Shown here in pieces: positions 35,190 to 47,640 of a stretch of DNA of 64,000 bases. Source of the DNA: Octopus sinensis. Taxonomy: Eukaryota. The translations under genes and the position numbers were made by a program. The first letter of the stretch is position 1. Every line of letters starts with the position of its first letter. The DNA lies in the NCBI RefSeq assembly GCF_006345805.1, contig NC_042998.1, positions 34,348,001-34,412,000 on the forward strand, read 5' to 3'. The notes below the pieces were generated by a model. It was not told the DNA's origin and ran no database searches. It saw only the letters and a program-made list of their open reading frames with translations.

Positions 35190-35470
35190 ACTATCATCAT
35201 CATCTTCATTACTTAGCATCCATATTCCATGCTGGCATGAGTTAGACAATTTAACTGGAACTCACAAACCGCAGGGCTGTGCTAGGCTCCAGTCTGATTT
35301 TAGCTTGGTTTCTATGGTTGGATGCCCTTCCTAATGCCAGCCACTCCAAGTGTGTAGCATGTGCCTTTTATGTGTCACTGGCACAGGTGCCTTTGATGTG
35401 TCACCAGCACTGTCCAGGACTACTATTTCACTTGGCTTGATGAATCTTCTCAAGTACAGCAAATCGCCAA
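35190..35470 (-). mobile_element. Orphan RTE 3'UTR
   Basis: ttccatgctggcatg...ggatgcccttcctaatgccagcca. Confidence 0.75.
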
Positions 35471-35824
35471 AGGTTTTGACCATTTGTCAAATATGAGTAA
35501 ATTTAAAAGCCTCTCACATTCCGAAATATTAATTTAGACATTGAGTTTAAATTCTTTGTTAATTTCTTTCGGTGAATACTAAAGAATCAAATACGGTTAC
35601 GCACTAAATATATCTTTCTGAAGTGTCCACCACAAAGGCATCAAACATACACAAACTGTCTGAATATCAAAATGAAATTTTGACACGAGGCCAGCAATTT
35701 GAGGGGAGGGGCTAAGTCAATTACACTGAGCCCCAGTATTAAACTAACACTGAGCTTCCTGAAACAAGTGTTGAGTTAAGAAATCTATTTTCTTCTTGGC
35801 ATTCTGTATTTTTTATGCTCTATG

Positions 35825-36535
35825 TAAAAATATGTATATATATGTGTATGTATATATATGTGTATATATATGTATGTATATATATATGTATATATGTATG
35901 TATATATGTATATATGTATATATATGTATATATGTATATATATATGAATATATATATATATGTATATGTATATTATATATGTATATATGTATATATATAT
36001 ATGTATATATATATATGTATATATATGTAATATATATGTATATATATGTATATGTATATGTATAATATATATATATATGTATATATATATATGTATATAT
36101 ATAATGTATATATATATATGTATATATATATATGTATGTATATATATGTATATAATATATATGTATATATATATATGTATAATATATATGTATATATATA
36201 TATGTATATATATTATATATATATATGTATATATATATATGTATATATATATATGTATATATATGTATATATATATTATATATATATGTATATATATATA
36301 TATATGTATATATAATATGTATTATATATGTATATATATATGTATATATATGTATATATATAATGTATATATGTATATGTATATATATATATGTATATAT
36401 ATATATATGTATATATTATATATGTATATATATATATGTATTATATATGTATATGTAATATATATGTATATGTATATATATGTGTATGTATATATATGTA
36501 TATATGTATATATATATATTTGTATATATATGTAA
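35825..36535. repeat. Long (TA)n/TATG microsatellite
   Basis: Directly visible; produces spurious I/Y/C/M ORFs. Confidence 0.95.
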
Positions 36536-37700
36536 TCAAACCAAATCAAAATAGATGAATATCAATGGAATTTGTATCTTTGTGGTTCCAGTACCGGTGG
36601 CACACAAGAAAACCATCCGAACGTGGCCGTCGACTGGCCTCCGTGCTGTGGGCACAACAAACACCATCTGATCGTGGCCGTTCGCCAGCCTCACCTGGCA
36701 CTGTGTCGGTGGCACATAAAAACACCACCACCATCCAAAGACCGGCGACGTAGTCAGTCCACCTGTGCTTACCTTCCCTCTTATGACACTTGTGAAGACC
36801 TGTTGAGGCAGAGGCAAGTGTGTGACACTTGTGAAGACCTGTTGAGGCAGAGGCAAGTGTGTGACACTTGTGGAGACCTGTTGAGGCAGAGGCAAGTGTG
36901 TGACACGCGTGACACTTGTGAAGACCTGTTGAGGCAAGTGAAATCAAACCAAATCAAAATAGATGAACATCAATGGAATTTGTATCTTTGTGGTTCCAGT
37001 ACCGGTGGCACACAAGAAAACCATCCGATCGTGGCCGTTCGCCAGCCACATCTGGCACCTGTGTCGGTGGCACATAAAGACACCATCCGAAGACCCGGCG
37101 ACGTAGACAGTCACCTATGCATACCTTCCTTCTTGTGACACTTGTGAAGACCTGTTGAGGCAAGTGAAAATCAAATCAAATCAATCAAATCAAATCAAAT
37201 CAAAACAAATCAAAATAGATGAACATAAATGGAATTTGTATCTTTGTGGTACCAGTGCCGGTGGCACACAAGAAAATCATCCGAACGTGGCCGTAGCCAG
37301 TACCGCATAGACTGGCCTCCGTGCTTTGGGGACGTAACAAACACCATCCGATCGTGGCCGTCCGCCAGCCTCATCTGGCACCTGTGTCGGTGGCACATAA
37401 AAACACCATCCGAGCGTGGCCGTCTGCCAGCCTCGTCTGGCACCTGTGTCGGTGGCACATAAAAACACCATCCGAGCGTGGCCGTTCGCCAGCCTCGTCT
37501 GGCACTGTGTCGGTGGCACATAAAATCACCCACTACACTCTCAGAGTGGTTGGCGTTAGGAAGGGCATCCAGCTGTAGAAACACTGCCAGATCTGACTGG
37601 CCTGGTGCAGCCTTCGGGCTCCCCAGACCCCAGTTGAACCGTCCAACCCATGCTAGCATGGAAAACGGACGCTAAATGATGATGATGATGATGATGATGA
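36536..37700 (+). mobile_element. Concatemeric RTE 3'UTR with three restarts and a 39-bp x3 tandem repeat
   Basis: caaaccaaatcaaaatagatgaa restarts at about 36536, 36945 and 37200; tgacacttgtgaagacctgttgaggcagaggcaagtgtg at 36784, 36823 and 36862; ends in (GAT)n. Confidence 0.85.
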
Positions 37701-37714
37701 TATGTATATGTATA

Positions 37715-38099
37715 TCTCTCTCTATATAAACGGCAGTTTGTCTGTGCGTTTTCTGTGTGTCTGTTTTCTCGTACCCTCACCCTGACCACGGCTTTCAACC
37801 GATTCTGATGAAACTTGACACACACATAGCCCAATGTCATAATTCAAAACTAACGCAGCGAACATTTTGAAAAGTTCCCCCAGTTCTGAAAAAAATCGAT
37901 AAATTCGACATGGGGTCGAGAATCAGAAACCCAAACCACAGACCGTGTAGGGGACGCAACTCCACCTTTTTTAACTCTCAAAAAAAAATTTACCATCATT
38001 TTTTCCCCATTTTTTTGCTATTTTTTGGCTATAACTCTCTAAAAATGCTTTATAGTTATTTCCCTTACAAACCTGAGCAACGCCGGGCGATACTGCTAG
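37715..38099 (+). mobile_element. Non-autonomous Helitron-type element, subfamily 2
   Basis: A|TCTCTCTCTATATAAACGG...cctgagcaacgccgggcgatactgCTAG|T. Confidence 0.85.
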
Positions 38100-38138
38100 T
38101 TTATATGTATATGTATATATATATGTATATGTATATAT

Positions 38139-39690
38139 GGATTCCCGGCAATCCTCCTAAAAGCATATAAGAGAGTCCTAGCAAGACCACTGCAGTTCCT
38201 CTTTCAGAGCTTCCTTGCAGCTGGCAAACTTCCAAGAAAACTGAAGGAAGGTAAAATATGCCCCATTCATAAAGGAGGTAGCAGAGCGGAGGCCAAGAAC
38301 TACAGACCTATCTCTCTGACCTCACACATCAGCAAGGTCATGGAACGAATAGTCAGAAGGAAACTGATCACCTTCCTTGAAGAGAATGACTTGCTGCCCG
38401 ACACCCAACATGGTTTCCGACCAGGGAGAAGCTGTTTAACTCAGCTCCTACAACACTATGACTGGGTGCTGAAACGGCTGCTCAACCACTCAAATGTGGA
38501 AGTGATATATCTCGACTTTGCAAAGGCCATTGATAAAGTCGATCATGGAATGATATGTCACAAACTGCGTGATCTCAACATAGTTGGAAAACTGGGAGAA
38601 TGGCTTCATGACTTTCTGAAAGATAGAAGTCAGGTGGTAGTAGCCACTTCCATTAACAAGCAAATAGTGAGCGGTGTTCCGCAGGGCACTGTTCTGGGAC
38701 CACTACTGTTCATAATGGCCCTCTCAGATATGCCCTCAGCCACGCAGAGAGCCACGATCACAAGTTATGCAGATGATACAAAAGTTTCACAGGCAATACA
38801 GAACCCTGAGGACACTAAACGCCTGCAATGTGAGCTGGACAAAATATACAAGTGGGCTGAAAAGAAAAGCATGCAGTTCAATGCTGAAAAGTTTCAAGCT
38901 TTATACTATCAGCATGCAAAACTAAATGCAATACCCAATGAATACACTGGACCCGGAGGAATAGCAATCCCAGAGGCACAATCAGTGCGTGACCTAGGTA
39001 TTTACATGAGTGATGACGCAACCTTTCGTGTACATGTTGCTAAATTGGCAATGAAATGTAGACGACTGGCCGGATAGATCCTCAGAACCTTTAGAACAAG
39101 AGAACAAGAAACCATGATGGTCCTCTGGAGGACAATTGTCCTAAGCCACTTTGACTACTGCTCTCAGTTATGGTCACCATCCAGTGTCAAGTTGATCACA
39201 GAGCTCAAGGCGATCCAACGTAGCTACACAAAGAAGATAGCCTCTATGCAGAATGTGAGCTACTGGGAGAGACTTAAGAGATTAAAACTATATTCCTTGG
39301 AGCGTAGGCGGGAAAGATATGCCATAATATACATCTGGAAGATCCTGGAGGGACGTGTCCTAAACTTTGGCATCGAGAGTTACGCAAATGCCAGAACTGG
39401 GGGCCACTGCGTGGTGCCTAGGACTCCAAACTTGCCATCAAGATGTAGGACAAGATTCTGTGATAGCCTGGGCTTCCGAGGCCCACAGCTCTTCAATATC
39501 CTCCCGAAGAACCTAAGAGACCTGCATGGGGTAGAGGCAGATGCCTTTAAAATGAAACTGGATCTCTTCCTGTCAAATAGCAGTTGCTAAAAAGCTTTCG
39601 TGAAGTAAAACCAAGTAGCAACATCAAATGGCGGTGCCCCAGCATGGCCACAGCTCATAAGCTGAAACTAGAATCAATCAATCAATCAAT
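38139..39690 (+). mobile_element. 5'-truncated CR1-type LINE: RT region with a single nonsense codon and 3' tail
   Basis: One frame 38139-39590: NYRPISLTSHISKVME, QHGFRPGRSCLTQL, YLDFAKAIDKVDH, GVPQGTVLGPLLF, YADDTK, LERRRERY; TAG at 39075-39077; tail ggtgccccagcatggccacagctc...gctgaaactag(aatc)n. Confidence 0.93.
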
Positions 39691-39696
39691 CAATCA

Positions 39697-39970
39697 TATG
39701 TATATGTATATATATATGTATATGTATATATATATGTATATATGTATATATATGTATATTATATATATATATGTATATGTATATATATATTATATGTATA
39801 TGTATATATATTATGTATATGTATATATATATGTATATGTATATATATATGTATATGTATATGTATATCTTTATGTATATATATATGTATATCTTTATGT
39901 ATATATATATATGTATATATATGTGTATATATATGTGTATATATATATGTGTATATATATGTGTGTATAT
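39697..39970. repeat. (TA)n/TATG microsatellite
   Basis: Directly visible. Confidence 0.9.
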
Positions 39971-40340
39971 ACTCTTACTCTTACTCTTTACTCTTTTACT
40001 TGTTTCAGTCATTTGACTGCGGCCATGCTGGAGCACCACCTTTTTAGTACTTATTCTATCGGTCTCTTTTTGCCGAACCGCTAAGTGATGGGGACCTAAA
40101 CACACCAGCATCGGTTGTCAAGCAATGCTAGGGGGACAAACACAGACACACAAACACACGCATACATATATATATACGACAGGCTTCTTTCAGTTTCCGT
40201 CTACCAAATCCACTCACAAGGCATTGGTCGGCCCGGGGCTATAGCAGAAGACACTTGCCCAAGATGCCACGCAGTGGGACTGAACCCGCAACCGTGTGGT
40301 TGGTTAGCAGGCTACTTACCACAGAGCCACTCCTGCGCCT
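39971..40340 (-). mobile_element. SINE A, CpG-rich
   Basis: Match to 28730-29140 with an internal deletion. Confidence 0.88.
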
Positions 40341-40446
40341 ATAAATATATGTATATATATATATATGTGTGTATATATATATGTATATATATATATGGTA
40401 TATATATGTGTGTATATATATGTGTGTATATATATATATATGTATA

Positions 40447-40487
<41 letters not shown>

Positions 40488-40830
40488 ATATATATATATA
40501 TATAATATGTGTGTATATATATATGTGTGTATATATATATATGTGTATATATATATGTATATATATATATGTATATATATATATGTGTATATATATGTAT
40601 ATATATATATGTGTATATATATGTGTATATATATATGTATATATATATGTATATATGTATATATATGTATATATATATATATGTATATATATATATGAAT
40701 GTATATATATATGTATATATATGTATATATATACATATATATATATATAATGTGCGTGTGTGTGTGTGTATGAAGCCTAATTATGTTTATCTATGTGTGC
40801 ATGTGTATATATGTACACACACGCACACAC
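40341..40830. repeat. (TA)n/(TG)n microsatellite
   Basis: Directly visible. Confidence 0.9.
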
Positions 40831-41594
40831 ATACACAAGACAGGTTTTCATATAGTATTTGTCAACAAAATTTCACTCTCAAAATATTGGTTAATCTAGT
40901 ATTATGATAAAACACCATGTCCAAGATGCTGTGCAGTGGAACCAAACTAAGCCAGGTAGTTGCAAAGCAGAATGTGTAACTGCAACAAGTATCACTCCAC
41001 CCATCTGTTGGCATGGTATCAGAAAAAAAAAAGACAGAAAAAAAGAATTCCTTGTGGTGAAAGTATCAGATTATATTTTGCTAACTTTTGATATTATTTT
41101 TTATTAGTTGCAGTTACTAGTTGCAAAAGTACTACTTTAGTGCTTCTCTTTACACAAAATGACTCAGAAAGCCAGCTTTCATTTTGAGATCACGTGAGAA
41201 TATTCTTCGTCTCTGTTATAGACCATTCTCTGTTATTTTCCTTCTACCAAATATTGTATTTTCGTCATCGGTCTACATTTATTCTGACGAGTTCTCTTTT
41301 GGTTTTTTTATTTTTAAGTATCCACATGATTTCATCTGACTTTGTATCAAAGGCTTTTGCTATTAAATTACATTTTTCTGTACTTTGATTCAAAACGTTT
41401 CCTTTTTTTTTTCTTGTTGCTTCAAGTTTTTGAAGAATTTTCTCTTCATACGGCTCATAGGCTGCACTTGTGACATTTAAAGAAATAATTCGGAGCTCTA
41501 TGCTTCTGTTAGTTTCTCTGCAAGCGTTTACTTTTTGGTTGATATTTATTTTCTAACTGGTATAAAATATCTGCTCTTTCTAAGGTACTTGAAA

Positions 41595-42075
41595 TCATAG
41601 TCAGGGCTGATGTCAGTGCCGCCTGACTGGCACCTGTGCCAGTGGGACTTACTAAGTACCATGAGTGTGGCTGATGCCAGTTCCACCTGACTGGCACCCT
41701 TGCTGGTGGCACATAAAATGCACCACTCAAGCGTGGCCTTTGCCAGTGCTACCTGACTGGCACCCTTGTTGGTGGCTCATAAAATGCACCATTCGAGTGT
41801 GGCCGATGCCAGAGCCACCTGACTGGCACATAAAAAGCACCATTTGAGTGTGGCTGATGCCAGTGCTGCCTGACTAGCTAATGTGCCGGCGGCACATAAA
41901 AAGCACCCACTACACTCTCAGAGTGGTTGGCGTTTGAGAAGACATTTGGCTGTAGAAACCATACCAGACCAGATTGGAGCCTCGTACAGCCTCCTGACTT
42001 GCCAGTCCTCAGTCAAACTGTCCAACCCATGCCAGCATGGAAAGCAGACGTTAAATGATGATGATGATGATGACT
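41595..42075 (+). mobile_element. Orphan RTE 3'UTR with about 5 tandem units
   Basis: Repeated cctgactggcacc...ggtggcacataaaa.gcacca; (GAT)n tail. Confidence 0.8.
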
Positions 42076-42434
42076 TTCATATTTGTATGTAGAATTTCAT
42101 AAAATGTGCTAAGCTTAATCCTAATTTACATATTGCCAATGTACTCTCGTTATAGTAACGATAGTTGATAACTCTGTGTTCTGAGTCATTAAACCATGAA
42201 TCACTACCAGAATATTACACGTTAAATAAATGCAGCTAATTTTTATGCAAGAGCAGGTGCTAAGTTGATTCTGTTGCAGATAACCAAGGCATTAGCTGTT
42301 CATACCCTCAGATTGGCACTGCAATATATCACTTGACTATTTATTAGTGACTGAGGTCACCTATCCACCTAGATCTCAATAGCTGTCAGAAACTGATATA
42401 ATATAACTATGCGGCAAGAATTCGAAGGATGAGA

Positions 42435-42735
42435 AGCTATTGGGAGTGAAAGCATGTGGGTTAATCATTAGGATATTACGCTCACAATTGTAAGATTGAG
42501 AGTTCAATTCCTGGTGGTATGTTGTGTTCTTGAGCAAGACTCTTTATTTCACCTTACTTTGGTCCATTCAGGTGACAAAAATGAGTAATACTTGTATTTC
42601 AAAGGAGCAGCCTTGTCATATGCTGTGTCACACAGAATATCCTGAGAACTATCTGTGGAGTACTCAGCCACTTGCTCAATAATTTCATGAGTAGGCTGTT
42701 CCATTGATTGGATCAACTGAAGCCTTCATCATTGT
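42435..42735 (+). mobile_element. SINE D-related, diverged
   Basis: gtatttcaaaggagcagccttgtcata...ggagtactcagccacttgc. Confidence 0.6.
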
Positions 42736-42854
42736 TACCAATGGAGTGCTATTTTTTTTTTTTTTAAGATATTGCGGCAGGAGGTGCAGATGAGGGCAGC
42801 TGCATCAAACTCTCTCATGCACCAAATATCAATTGCTAAAAAGCATTCGTAAAG

Positions 42855-42940
42855 TAAAATCATGTAGTAACACCAAATGGCGGATCCCCAGCATGGCCAC
42901 AGCTCGTGAGCTGAAACTAGATGAAATGAAATGAAAAAAA
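42855..42940 (+). mobile_element. Extreme 3' end of CR1-type LINE
   Basis: aaatggcggatccccagcatggccacagctcgtgagctgaaactagatgaaatgaaatg. Confidence 0.65.
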
Positions 42941-43007
42941 TGAAAATGAAATTGGACAAGTTAGTGACTCCATCAAAAATGATCAGTATGGAAGAAGTCA
43001 GTGATAT

Positions 43008-43320
43008 CATCATCGTTGTTGTCGTTTAATGTCTGCTTTCTATGCTAGCATGGGTTGGACGGTTTGACTGAGGACTGGCAAGCCAGGATGCTGCACCAGG
43101 TTCCAATCTGATTTGGCAAAGCTTCTACAGTTGGATACCCTTCCTAATGCCAACCATTCGAAGAGTGTAGTGGATGCTTTTTAAGTACCACCGGCACGGG
43201 TCCCAGTCAGGCAGCACTGGCATCGTCCATGTTTGAATGGTACTCTTTACGTGCCATCGGCATGGTTGCCAGTCAGGTAGCACTGGCATTGGCTATACTC
43301 ATATGGTGCTTTTTACACGG
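43008..43320 (-). mobile_element. Orphan RTE 3'UTR
   Basis: catcatcgttgttgtcgtttaatgtctgctttc...gtaccaccggcacggg. Confidence 0.8.
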
Positions 43321-43892
43321 GGGGGGGGGGGGCGGTCAATCTAATTGGCATACCCCATCTCCCAGAATTTCATGCCTTGTGCCTATAGTAGAAAGGATTA
43401 TTACCTCCCTTGGAAGCATGTAAGGGCTGGCAACAGGAAAGGCATCCAGCTGTAGAAAACTTTCCCCAACAAGCTCTGTCCATACGGTGTAAACATGGTG
43501 AAGTGGATGTTCAAAAAACAATCACAAACAAACAAAGAAAAAGAAAAGAAAAATCTTATCCATAAACATGGCATGTATTGCCAAGAGTCTTCAAGAGATA
43601 TTGGACTATTTTTGAAATTTCCAAAAGAAGCTGATGCATAAACACTTTTTGTTTTCCTTTTTTTTTTTGAATTGTATTTACTTGCACTACCAAACAGTAG
43701 ACTGGCATCGCTGTAGATTAGCAAATAGTAAACTAACTGCACAGCTGCACACTATAAATATTAGCATAATTTTCATCACCTGATATTATGTTATCAATTA
43801 AGTTGTCTTTTTCTCTCTTAAATACGAGCATTCATTGTCAGAATCTGTGTTTTTCTTTCATTGTTTTGCATTAATTTTCCATGCTTGTATAG

Positions 43893-43962
43893 GTGCAAGG
43901 ATTTTTGTTGGAACAGTTGCTTTTATAGCTAACCTTCCTTCAGCTAATTACTCAGCCGTGAA
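43893..43962 (+). CDS. Candidate internal exon (phase 1 to 2)
   Basis: taattttccatgcttgtatAG / GTAGGA; ARIFVGTVAFIANLPSANYSAV; phase-compatible with 49700-49760. Confidence 0.35.
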
Positions 43963-44112
43963 GTAGGAGTGGAACCTGTTTCATACCATCCTATACTAAA
44001 GCGCTTGCAGACTTATTATATACTTTGTTAGCAACACAATGGATACGGTAAAATTTGAATTTACCTCCCATGAAAATTTCTACTTTCAGTTTGTTTTTTT
44101 CCTTCAGCTAGC

Positions 44113-44275
44113 AATGGAGTGGCTGTGTGGTGAGAAGCTTGCTTCCCAACCACATGGTTCTGGGTTCAGTCCCACTGTGTGGAACCTTGGGAAACTGTCT
44201 TCTACTGTAGCCTCGGGTTGACCAAAGCCTTATGAGTGGATTTGGTAGACAGAAACTGAAAGAAGCCCATTGTAT
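44113..44275 (+). mobile_element. 5' half of SINE A
   Basis: ggagtggctgtgtggtgagaagc...gaaactgaaagaagccc. Confidence 0.8.
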
Positions 44276-44462
44276 ATATATATATTATATATATATATAG
44301 TAGTTGTATACTGTCAACTTAACGTGACAGTCCCATAAAGGGAATCACATCACTGCTATTTAGCCCTAGGAATCATCAACGCTTCCTGTCGGACTTGACA
44401 CATTTCCTGTGTCCTTATGTTTACAAGGGGGAGACAAGCACCCCCATCCAGCTAAGCCTGCA

Positions 44463-44504
44463 TCCAGAGACATGTTTCTGAGTCTTGCTCATCATCAGTC
44501 TGGA
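44463..44504 (-). ncRNA. Minimal type-I hammerhead ribozyme motif, core intact
   Basis: Minus strand TCCAGA CTGATGA TGAG caaga CTCA GAAAC AT GTC TCTGGA: 6-bp stem I, 4-bp stem II, palindromic ACATGT stem III, GUC cleavage triplet. Confidence 0.75.
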
Positions 44505-44604
44505 GTAGCATGGCCTACTAGCTGGTTGAAGCTAGCTGGTAAATATTTCTTGATTCCTTTATTTCTATACTTCATTTTAGTTCTTTTCAACTCAGTCCAT
44601 CATC

Positions 44605-44770
44605 ATCACCATCACCACCACCATCATCATCTGCTTTTCATGCTGTTGTTTGTCTTGGCATGGTTTCTACAGCTGGATGCCCTTCCTAACAGCAACTTCT
44701 TTACAAAGTGCACTGGGTGGTTTTTACATGGCAACATCACCATCACTTTTTACACGGCACCAGTACTGGA
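44605..44770 (-). mobile_element. RTE 3'UTR fragment
   Basis: (CAT/CAC)n...ggtttctacagctggatgcccttcctaac. Confidence 0.65.
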
Positions 44771-45014
44771 GGAAATTGGGTCTGTAGCTAGCTTAAAACG
44801 AAATTGACCAAGGCAAAACTTCAAAGAATGTCATTTGCATATATTCAGAAAACTCAACAGAATACAACAAGGCATGTTCTTTATAATTTCAAATATAAAA
44901 TACTGTGTAATGTAAAAGCACTTGAAAAACTCTTAGACTCACTGAAGACTTAAAAACTGCTCAGAATATTCTCTGTGATACTTTCTGGTTGTGTTGATCA
45001 ATATTTAACAGAGC

Positions 45015-45482
45015 TGAGGTAGCAAGCTGGCAGAAACGTTAGCATGTCAGGTGAAATGCTTAACGGTATTTCATCTGTCTTTACATTCTGAGTTCAAATT
45101 CTGCTGAGGTTACATTTTGCCTTTCATCCTTTCGGGGTCGATAAATTAAGTACCAGTTCCGCACTGGGGTCGATGTAATCAACTTAATACCTATGTCTGT
45201 CCTTGTTTGTCCCCATCTGTGTTTAGCCCTTTGTGGGTAGTAAAGAAATAAATACTTATGTCTGTCCTTGTTTGTCCCCTCTATGTTTAGCCCATTTTGG
45301 GTAATAAAGAAATAGGTATTTCATCTGTTTTTACATTCTGAGTTCAAATTCTGCTGAGGTCAACTTTGCCTTTCATCTCTTCGGGGGTGATTAATTTAGT
45401 ACCAGTTGCATACTGTGGTCGATCTAATAGACTGGCCCCCTCCCTCCAAAATATCAGGCCTTGCGCCGAGAGTAGAAAAGAA
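45015..45482 (+). mobile_element. SINE B dimer with duplicated tail
   Basis: Junction taataaagaaataggtatttcatctg at about 45303-45328. Confidence 0.85.
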
Positions 45483-45710
45483 TATTTAACAGAGCTCAAC
45501 CATCCCCGCTCCCACCTCTAGTTGATTTGCACCTTGCTTTCATTCATGCAGCACAGAGAATACTCGTTCGTTCATTTGTTACCAAACCAACTGATGGAGA
45601 AAGTAGTAACAGGTTGCTGCTTCATCATTCAGTAAACTTCCAGACATGGACATTCTGATTCTCAGCTGTGGATAAGAATTTTTTTTGTTTTTTATTGGAA
45701 ATGACATATA

Positions 45711-46100
45711 CAGGAGTGGCTGTGTGATAAGTAGCTTGTTTACCAACCACATGGTTCTGGGTTCAGTTCCACTGCGTGGCACCTTGGGCAGGTGTTTTCT
45801 ACTATAGCCTCGGGCCGACCAAAGCCTTGTGAGTGGATTTGGTAGACGGAAACTGAAAAGAAGCCCATCATATATATGTATATATATATATGCGTGTGTG
45901 TGTTTGTCCCCCTAGCATTGCTTGACAACCGATGCTGGTGTGTTTAAGTCCCCGTTACTTAGCGGTTCGGCAAAAGAGACCGATAGAATAAGTACTGGGC
46001 TTACAAAAGAATAAGTCCCGGGGTCGAGTTGCTCGATTACAGGCAGTGCTCCAGCATGGCCGCAGTCAAATGACTGAAACAAGTAAAAGAGTAAAAGAGA
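45711..46100 (+). mobile_element. SINE A, full length
   Basis: Match to 28730-29140. Confidence 0.9.
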
Positions 46101-46229
46101 GAGTATACAGGCTGTCATTGGCAGATTTAGAGGGATCTTTGGGAGTGGTGGTGGTGGTGACAGGGCCTGTGTCAAAGAAGGTATTTGCTCTTTTCTTTTT
46201 ATTACAATCTTGGGAAAATTTCAGGCAGC

Positions 46230-46440
46230 AAGCTGGTAGAATTTTTAGCATGCTGCACAAAATGCTCAGTGGCATTTGGACAAAATGCTCAATGGCATTT
46301 TGTCTGTACCAAGTTCAAATCTTACCAACTTCGCCTTTTGTCCTTTGAGGCTCAATAGAATCAATACCAGGTTAGAACTAGGGTCAATGTAATCAACTTG
46401 CCTCTCCCCTCAAAATGACCAGCCTTCTGCTAAAATTCAA
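46230..46440 (+). mobile_element. SINE B, diverged
   Basis: ggcagcaagctggtagaatttttagc...aagttcaaatct. Confidence 0.55.
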
Positions 46441-46844
46441 AGCTATGTATTTTGTTCTTTCCTCGTCCTGCAAAGTTAATTTTCGGTCATTCTCCCATTT
46501 CTTACTGAAAATTTAAATGGGCCTCATTTTATCTTTAGATCGTATTCTTGTCACACTAAATGCTAATTACTTAGTCACTAATCAATAGCACTAATTAAGT
46601 TGTATTTATCTTCTTTGTTACTGATTTTTGTTTAGTTATTTTCTTTTTTTTCGTACTTGATAGCAATGTTTTAATTAATCCTTGTATTAGTAGGAAAGAA
46701 ATAACTCCGTCACATGAAACACAATCGTTTTTTTTTTTTACACATTTTGTTACTAATCGTTGTCATGGTAATGTTTTTGTGAGCATACTTCATTGTGAAA
46801 TAAAGCATACCAATGTATAACCATTATGATATTTGAATGTAATA

Positions 46845-47340
46845 AACTGGCCCCTGTGCCGGTGGCATGTTAAAAGCACTATCCAGATGTGACGGATGCC
46901 AGTACCGTGTGATTGACTCCCATGCCGGTGGCACATAAAAAGCACCATCCGAACGTGGCTAATGCCAGTACCCACTGACTGGCTACCATGCTGGTGGCAT
47001 GTAAAAAGCACTATCCGAATGTGAATGATACCAGGCCTGCCTAACTGGCTCCTGTGCTGGTGGCATATAAAAAGCACCATCTGAACGTGATCAATGCCAG
47101 TACCCCTTGACTGGCTCCCGTGCTGGTGGCACTTAAAGAGCACTATCCAAACTTGATCGATGCCAGGCGCCACTATACTCTTGGAGTGGTTCGTGTTACG
47201 AGGAGCATCCAAGCTGTAGAAACCTTGCCAGATGAGATTGGAGCTTGGTGCAGCCACTGGCTCTCCAGACCTCAGTCAAACCATCCAACCCATGCCAACT
47301 TGGAAAATGGATGCTAAACGATGATGTTGATGATGATTAT
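46845..47340 (+). mobile_element. Orphan RTE 3'UTR with about 5 tandem units
   Basis: Repeated actggc.cc.gtgc.ggtggca..taaaaagcac. Confidence 0.8.
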
Positions 47341-47423
47341 TGATGCTAATTATTATTTTCTTGGCGTCCCCTAATCCTTACTGATGTTTAGAGGTTAACT
47401 GCTCAATATTACAACATGTTGAA

Positions 47424-47640
47424 AGGTAGCAAGCTGGCAGAATCATTAGCATGCCAGGCAAAATGCTTAGCAGCATTTTGTCTGTCTTTATGTTCTGAGT
47501 TCAAATTCTGCCGAGGTTGATTTGTCCTTGCATCCTTTCATGATCGATAAAATTAGCACCAGTCATGAACTGGGGTCAATGTAATCGACTTAGCCCCTTC
47601 CCCTGAAATTTCTAGCCCTGTGCCAAAGTTTGAAATCAAT
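47424..47640 (+). mobile_element. SINE B monomer
   Basis: ggtagcaagctggcagaatcattagc...ccctgaaatttctagccctgtgcc. Confidence 0.8.

Noticed and set aside
35796-36549. Many long ORFs rich in I/Y/C/M/V/H/T (also 39.7-40.9 kb, 56.0-56.6 kb, 58.4-59.2 kb)
   Set aside because: They are translations of (TA)n/(TG)n/(GA)n microsatellites that lack stop codons by chance.
36784-36900. 39-bp repeat x3 resembling a CRISPR array
   Set aside because: No unique spacers, no cas genes, eukaryotic context; it is a tandem duplication inside an RTE UTR.
41180-41590. Decayed LINE endonuclease-like stretch (ELRIISLNV) on the minus strand
   Set aside because: Only one weak motif; cannot be classified.
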